This document shows positions 59,408 through 64,000 of a DNA stretch of 64,000 bases, piece by piece. Below the pieces are notes generated by a model. The model searched no databases and was not told the origin of the DNA. It worked only from the letters and a program-made list of their open reading frames with translations. Source of the DNA: a virus (taxonomy: Duplodnaviria; Caudoviricetes); the IMG/VR virus record IMGVR_UViG_3300025530_000010, positions 7,781-71,780 of that record; one strand, given 5' to 3'. How positions within the stretch are numbered: the first letter of the stretch is position 1; the number at the start of each line of letters is the position of its first letter. Both the position numbers and the translations under genes were made by a program.

Positions 59408-60016
59408 TCATGGCAAGAACAGCAGCTCGGCCGAGAAGTCGGTCCGGGGCGCGGCGACAGCGGCCACCCGTGGCCGGGCGGTGGCCCGGCCGCGCTCGAT
59501 GACCCGGTCGACGAAGGCTGCCGTGACGACCCGGGCACGCTCGGGGGCGAGCTTGCCCAGGTGGGCGTCGGCGTGGCGGCGGGCCCGCTCGCCGAGCTCC
59601 TCATGGTCGTGTGCGACGTCGGCGTTGTCGCGGGCGAACCGGGCGGCCTCGAGCTCGACCCAGCGCCGCTCACCGTCGGTGAGCGGCAGACGTTTGGAAG
59701 CGGTCCGGCCGGGAGCAGAGCGGGAGACACCGGCCTCCCGGCCGAGACCGCCTGACAGCAGGTCCTGCCGCAGTTCCCGCACCGCCTGCATGTCCGCTGT
59801 CAGCTCGCGGTAGGCCGCCAGATACCGCGCATTGCCGGGATCGCGCGCAAGCTGGCCCCGCACCGTGGCGAGCAGGTTGGCGCAGCGTCGCAAGCGCTGG
59901 TCGGCGGAGTGGATGCTGCCGTCGAACCAGTTGTCTGCGCTGTCGTGCCACTGCCTGAGCGCGGTTGCGATGCGATCGGCCGTACGCTGCGGCCCCTTGG
60001 CTGCAAAATGAAACAT
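59408..60016 (-). CDS. hypothetical helical protein with R-x-A motifs (possible head protein)
   Basis: AGGAGG SD; RTAD, RTAS, RVAA. Confidence 0.75.
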   Translation of the reverse strand: MFHFAAKGPQRTADRIATALRQWHDSADNWFDGSIHSADQRLRRCANLLATVRGQLARDPGNARYLAAYRELTADMQAVRELRQDLLSGGLGREAGVSRSAPGRTASKRLPLTDGERRWVELEAARFARDNADVAHDHEELGERARRHADAHLGKLAPERARVVTAAFVDRVIERGRATARPRVAAVAAPRTDFSAELLFLP

Positions 60017-60073
60017 CGGCGACCTCCTACTCTTTAGGGGTCGCCGATGCCCCCGGCAGACAGTGCGGCCGGA

Positions 60074-60394
60074 TCAGGGGGCCTCGCGCTCGATCTCGGC
60101 GCGCAGCCCCTCCTCGATTCGCCTGATGGACTCGGCGAGACTGTCGATGCACCGCCGGGCGGCCTTGATCTTCTGGGCGATCGCCTGGCTGCGATCCTTG
60201 GCGCTCTTCAGCGCCTCGGCGACCTCCTCGACCGCCCACAGCGGGATGTACACGCGCTGGGCAGCTCTGCCCTTGGACCGCTGGGGGTGGTAGTCGAGCC
60301 GCAGGGAGTGGGTGTCGGCGTCGAAGCCGATCTCGAGCACGGTGTCGCTGTAGAGCTCGATAGTCGACAGCGCGGCGTAGTCGGGCAGGGTCAT
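60074..60394 (-). CDS. hypothetical coiled-coil protein
   Basis: ATGA overlap with the HIT gene. Confidence 0.7.
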   Translation of the reverse strand: MTLPDYAALSTIELYSDTVLEIGFDADTHSLRLDYHPQRSKGRAAQRVYIPLWAVEEVAEALKSAKDRSQAIAQKIKAARRCIDSLAESIRRIEEGLRAEIEREAP

Positions 60395-60762
60395 TGGGCT
60401 TTCCTGCGCCCCCGCCTCTTCGGGGCGCTCCAGGGCAGCGCCAGGCCGTCGCTCTCGCGTCGGGGCACGATATGCAGGTGGGTGTGCCGCACGGTCTGGG
60501 TGGCGGCCGGGCCGACCGAGGTGATGATGTTGGCCTCGATGCCCCGGTGGCGCACGTAGGAGGCGGCCACCTGCACCAGGGCTGCGGCCTGCACCGGGTC
60601 GTCGGCGGCGCTTTCGGTGTGGGTGGCGCCGATGACGAGCACGTGCCCCTCGGTGACGGGGTCGAGCGGGTTGATGATGGCGATGTCGCGGCCGTCGACG
60701 GCGGTCTGCAGGACGATGTCGAGGCCGGACCAGTTGTCGCGGCAGAAGGGGCAGTCGTGCAC
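60391..60762 (-). CDS. HIT-family nucleotide hydrolase
   Basis: CPFC...GHVLVI...QTVRHTHLHIVPR histidine triad. Confidence 0.92.
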   Translation of the reverse strand: MHDCPFCRDNWSGLDIVLQTAVDGRDIAIINPLDPVTEGHVLVIGATHTESAADDPVQAAALVQVAASYVRHRGIEANIITSVGPAATQTVRHTHLHIVPRRESDGLALPWSAPKRRGRRKAQ

Positions 60763-60806
60763 AGCTCCTCCGGGTGGTGGGGCGGGCAGGTGGTCGGTTT
60801 AGGCCG

Positions 60807-61217
60807 TCAAAGGACTCTCGCCGTCCCCTCGGGCAGCCAGCCCGGTTCCTGCGGCGGGACGGTGTCATCGGTCAGCCGGTATTCCACGATGGAGTGGGTG
60901 ACGGTGGGCCGCCAGTAGCCGCCGGTCGTGGTGCAGCTGTAGGAGCCGCAGGTGGTGATGATCGGCACGTACCCGCCCGGGGTCCAGATCTCGCGGACCC
61001 GCAGCCAGGAGCCGTCGGAGTCGCGGGGGCCGTCGCAGATGGTGCGCTTGCGGGCCCAGTTGAACAGGTCCGGCCACGGCGCGGTCTCGCAGCCGGGCAT
61101 GTAGGCCTTGGCCTGCGGCGGCGGGGCGGCGATCAGCCCGACTCCGGCCAGGGTCAGCGCCGCCGCTGCGGCGACGATCTTTCGTGCGGTCCTCTTGTGC
61201 AGTGTCCTCATCGTCAT
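60807..61217 (-). CDS. secreted CDGP-motif protein
   Basis: signal peptide then GCE...RTICDGPRDSDGSWLRVR, a family common in mycobacteria and their phages. Confidence 0.75.
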   Translation of the reverse strand: MTMRTLHKRTARKIVAAAAALTLAGVGLIAAPPPQAKAYMPGCETAPWPDLFNWARKRTICDGPRDSDGSWLRVREIWTPGGYVPIITTCGSYSCTTTGGYWRPTVTHSIVEYRLTDDTVPPQEPGWLPEGTARVL

Positions 61218-61286
61218 GCCTTTGTGGTCGGAGGGGAGGGGCGAAGCCGCCCCCCGACGACTCCACCCCTCCCCTGGCTTGCGAAT

Positions 61287-62342
61287 TCAGTTGGCAGTCA
61301 ACAGCTTCCAGGCCCGGTGCTTGAGTCCCGTCTCGGTGGTGGCGTGCAGCAGGGTCCGGGTCGCCCGGGCGATGTCGGCCATGCCGCCGCCGCCACGGAC
61401 GGGGGCGTAGTGATCGACGTACTCGGTGACCGCGCTGTAGGCGCCGAACCGGGTCCCGGCGATCGGGGTGCCGGAGATGGTCGGGCTGGAGACGAACAGG
61501 TCGCGGATGGCGGCGGCCTCGTTGCGGCGCCGCGCCAGCGCCGTGCTGGAGGCGCCGACCTCCTCGGTGGCCAGCAGCTCCTCGAGGAACTCGTCGAGGT
61601 CGGCGGTGCCGAACGGCTGCTCGTAGAGCGCCCGGGCCTGCTCCTCGAAGGCCTGCTCGTAGTCCCAGGCGATCCTGAGCTGCTCGCGGGCGACCTGCAC
61701 CGAGCTGCGCCAGCCGCTGGTGTGCGGGATGGCAAACCGGCTCTTGGCGCCCTGGATCGCGGCGGCGGCGGTGTTGGCGCAGACCACCCGCACCGAGGTG
61801 ATCACCCCGAACAGCGCCGAGCTGCCGTCATGGCTGTTGAACAGGGCCAGGTACCACTCGCTGATGTCCTCGGTGCCGTCGAGGCCGACGAACTTCAGCT
61901 CGCGCGGGAGCTTCATCGTCAGAAAGACCTTGCGGTAGCCGTAGAGGCTCCCAGCGGTCTCGTAGTGGGCACCGGACTCGTCGACCAGGGCGTCGGCGAA
62001 CTCGACCAGGGCCTCGTTCTGAATCGGGGTGTAGCGCTTGCCGACCACGCCGATCGGGGTGAGCCTGCCGGTGACCGGGTTGTTGAAGACGGTCACGTAC
62101 TGGTCGGGCACCTCGACGTACTTGTCGACGCCCTCACCCTGGTCGTCGACGCCGAGGTTGGCGTAGACCGGGCGCTTGCGGACGTTCCAGTTCGCCAGCA
62201 GGGCCGCCTCCAGGGCTTCCTTGGCGGTCATGGCGTGGCCGACCGGCTGGCCGAGCTGGTGCCAGGCGTCGGTCTTGCCGTTGCGGGTCCGCGAGTCGGC
62301 GTAGCTGTAGATGCCGTTGGTCTGACTGATCTGGTGTCCCAT
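61287..62342 (-). CDS. DUF932-family phage/plasmid protein
   Basis: DAWHQLG, YTPIQNE, YETAGSL, NSHDGS, VRVVCANT, GTRFGAYSAVTEYVDH. Confidence 0.9.
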   Translation of the reverse strand: MGHQISQTNGIYSYADSRTRNGKTDAWHQLGQPVGHAMTAKEALEAALLANWNVRKRPVYANLGVDDQGEGVDKYVEVPDQYVTVFNNPVTGRLTPIGVVGKRYTPIQNEALVEFADALVDESGAHYETAGSLYGYRKVFLTMKLPRELKFVGLDGTEDISEWYLALFNSHDGSSALFGVITSVRVVCANTAAAAIQGAKSRFAIPHTSGWRSSVQVAREQLRIAWDYEQAFEEQARALYEQPFGTADLDEFLEELLATEEVGASSTALARRRNEAAAIRDLFVSSPTISGTPIAGTRFGAYSAVTEYVDHYAPVRGGGGMADIARATRTLLHATTETGLKHRAWKLLTAN

Positions 62343-62382
62343 CGCTGACTTCCCCTCTCCGTTCCGTATCAGAACTACATAC

Positions 62383-62410
62383 AGTCTATATGGTTCTCTC
62401 GATCTGTCAA
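62383..62410 (-). promoter_or_regulatory. SigA-like promoter for the DUF932 gene
   Basis: TTGACA-N16-TAGACT. Confidence 0.6.
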
Positions 62411-62414
62411 TCCT

Positions 62415-62666
62415 CTATAGCAAGTCCGTCGCGGTGGAGCGTGCGGCGACCCTCTCGGCAGCGGCCTGAGCCTCTACGCGGCTGCGGTACAGACCCAGGT
62501 AGAAGCGGCCGCGCCCGGCGACGAATCGGTGGGCCTGCCAGCTGCCCCGGGGGTGTCCGGGCGCGGTGCTGTGGACGACCTCGTAGGACTCGGCGTCACT
62601 GACGTGCGCGCGGAACCGGATCAACGCCGGGCCGACCCGCCGCCACTCCAGCCTCCTGGTTGCCAT
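62415..62666 (-). CDS. hypothetical protein (83 aa)
   Basis: LGLYRSRVEAQAAAE pattern; codon bias. Confidence 0.6.
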   Translation of the reverse strand: MATRRLEWRRVGPALIRFRAHVSDAESYEVVHSTAPGHPRGSWQAHRFVAGRGRFYLGLYRSRVEAQAAAERVAARSTATDLL

Positions 62667-62681
62667 GTCGGGACACCATCA

Positions 62682-62930
62682 TCAATCGCTGCAGATCTCC
62701 TCCAGGTACTCCTCAGCAGCGGCCTGGGCCTCGGTGATCCACTCGTACCAGCCGATGAGCTGGGAGCTGGCGTCGCGCAGGTCGTCGATGGTCAGCACGA
62801 CCGAGTCGAGCGGCACGTCGCAGCCCCGGAACAGGTGGCCGGGGCGGATCTCGAACAGCCGGTCGGCGTCGATCCACGCCGTCAGCGACTCCCCGTTGAT
62901 CTCCCAGGAGCGATCAGTCAGCGAATACAC
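62682..62930 (-). CDS. hypothetical protein (82 aa)
   Basis: GAGGAGGAG SD before GTG 62930. Confidence 0.65.
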   Translation of the reverse strand: MYSLTDRSWEINGESLTAWIDADRLFEIRPGHLFRGCDVPLDSVVLTIDDLRDASSQLIGWYEWITEAQAAAEEYLEEICSD

Positions 62931-62990
62931 AGTTCTCCTCCTCCTCGTCGACACCAATTTAATGAATGCCTGCCGGGTTCCTCAAATCGC

Positions 62991-63020
62991 TTGCAAATCT
63001 ATCTCCAAGTATGTTATAGT
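62991..63020 (+). promoter_or_regulatory. SigA-like promoter
   Basis: TTGCAA-N18-TATAGT with extended TG. Confidence 0.75.
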
Positions 63021-63059
63021 ATAGGTGCAGAGAGGGAGAGAGGAAGGAGAGAGCAAGAG

Positions 63060-63344
63060 ATGAACGCGGTGATCGAGTTCCCGGCCCTGATCGACGAGGC
63101 CCTGGTGGTGGCCGACGACCCGCAGGTGGTCTTCGAGGCCGACATCGACGAGGCGGCCGAACTGCGGGAGTTCCTGAACTGGCTCGACGCCGAGGCCGAG
63201 TACGAGCTCGAGGCCCTGCAGGAGGTCGCCGAGTGCTGCGGCGGGCGGGCCCGGGATTGCGCCCACTACGGGATCGACCCGGCCTACGAGCTGCAGAAGC
63301 TGGCCGAGCGGTTCCCCAACATCCTGCCCGCCAAGGAGTTCTGA
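63060..63344 (+). CDS. acidic hypothetical protein (94 aa)
   Basis: AAGGAGA SD downstream of the promoter; followed by a GC hairpin. Confidence 0.75.
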   Translation: MNAVIEFPALIDEALVVADDPQVVFEADIDEAAELREFLNWLDAEAEYELEALQEVAECCGGRARDCAHYGIDPAYELQKLAERFPNILPAKEF

Positions 63345-63464
63345 CCGGCCGGGGGGCCTCCCCCCGGGACCGGTGGGTGATGGCAGGGCACCGGGCAGGC
63401 CCGGTGTCTTGCAATGACTCACCGAGTCAGCAGCACGACCAGACCAGCCAGGAAGGAGAACGAC

Positions 63465-63701
63465 ATGGCCGTCGTGACCACCCCCAACGACTACATCATC
63501 ACCGTCGGCGACCGGGTGCAGCTCGCTCCCCACACCGACGCCTGGATGCAGGGCGACCGCTTCGGCACCGTCACCTCGATCGGCACCAAGCGGGTCACCG
63601 TGCGGACCGACTCCGGCCGCACCCGCCGGTTCCCCATCCGCAAGGTCGAGCTGAACATCCCGTTCACCGACTTCCTGCTGGGCTTCACGCCGGGCTACTG
63701 A
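63465..63701 (+). CDS. small SH3-like protein
   Basis: AAGGAG SD; VGDRVQL...GTVTSIGTKRVTVRTDSG. Confidence 0.75.
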   Translation: MAVVTTPNDYIITVGDRVQLAPHTDAWMQGDRFGTVTSIGTKRVTVRTDSGRTRRFPIRKVELNIPFTDFLLGFTPGY

Positions 63702-63746
63702 TCGGCGCCGATCCAGGGGCGGTCCCCGACCGGGGGCCGCCCTCTG

Positions 63747-63938
63747 CTATTCGAGCAGCAGGTCGGCCTTGTCGAGCTCCTGCAGCTCCGCTGCGATGGC
63801 CCCACGTTGACGCTCGATCTCGCGCTGCTGGCGGGCCAGCTCCACATCGCGCCTGGTCAGTTCTCTGCGCCGCTCGTCGATCATCCGGCGCAACTCCGCC
63901 CTGGTGTAACGCTGGCCTGCCACGATGCAACTTATCAT
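63747..63938 (-). CDS. small coiled-coil protein
   Basis: heptad-like charged helix; start uncertain near the window edge. Confidence 0.5.
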   Translation of the reverse strand: MISCIVAGQRYTRAELRRMIDERRRELTRRDVELARQQREIERQRGAIAAELQELDKADLLLE

Positions 63939-63966
63939 GCACTCCAGCCGCCAGCGCCATCACCAC

Positions 63967-64000
<34 letters not shown>

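Noticed and set aside
17008-60039. Second upstream motif CCCTAAAG(G/A)GT before 17005 and 60016
   Set aside because: Only two copies with no consistent partner element; too weak to call

Overview
A 64-kb segment of a high-GC actinobacteriophage genome. The host is probably mycolic-acid-containing, given a lysin-B-like esterase, a CDGP-like secreted protein and a tRNA-Ala-type att core. The minus strand from about 53.4 kb to 4.1 kb is one virion-morphogenesis region for a contractile-tailed (myovirus) particle. In order it holds portal, prohead protease/scaffold, decoration, major capsid, head-tail joining, sheath, tube, frameshifting chaperones, tape measure, hydrolase-bearing hub and baseplate. 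The overall resemblance to Bxz1/E3-like actinomyoviruses comes from my family knowledge, not a search. Unexpectedly, a full temperate cassette (xis, cro-like, repressor, tyrosine integrase, apparently intact attP) sits directly upstream of the head genes. The head region is loaded with multi-module proteins: tandem ADP-ribosyltransferase-like domains, an HhH-glycosylase-like domain, a zeta-like kinase, a SAM-lyase-like protein, a 2H phosphoesterase, a LysM-SWIM protein and a wall peptidase inside the protease. Their modules are separated by a recurring basic (R/K)-x-A motif. A bipartite CCTGT(A/G)-N18-xGGAA(T/C) element precedes several late genes. A non-autonomous IS200/IS605 (IS1341-type) TnpB element is inserted exactly at the start codon of a baseplate gene. 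No terminase, lysin A or clear holin is visible, so the genome extends beyond the window. The terminal poly-C is probably an artefact. All protein calls come from motif recognition by eye; no database searches were run.
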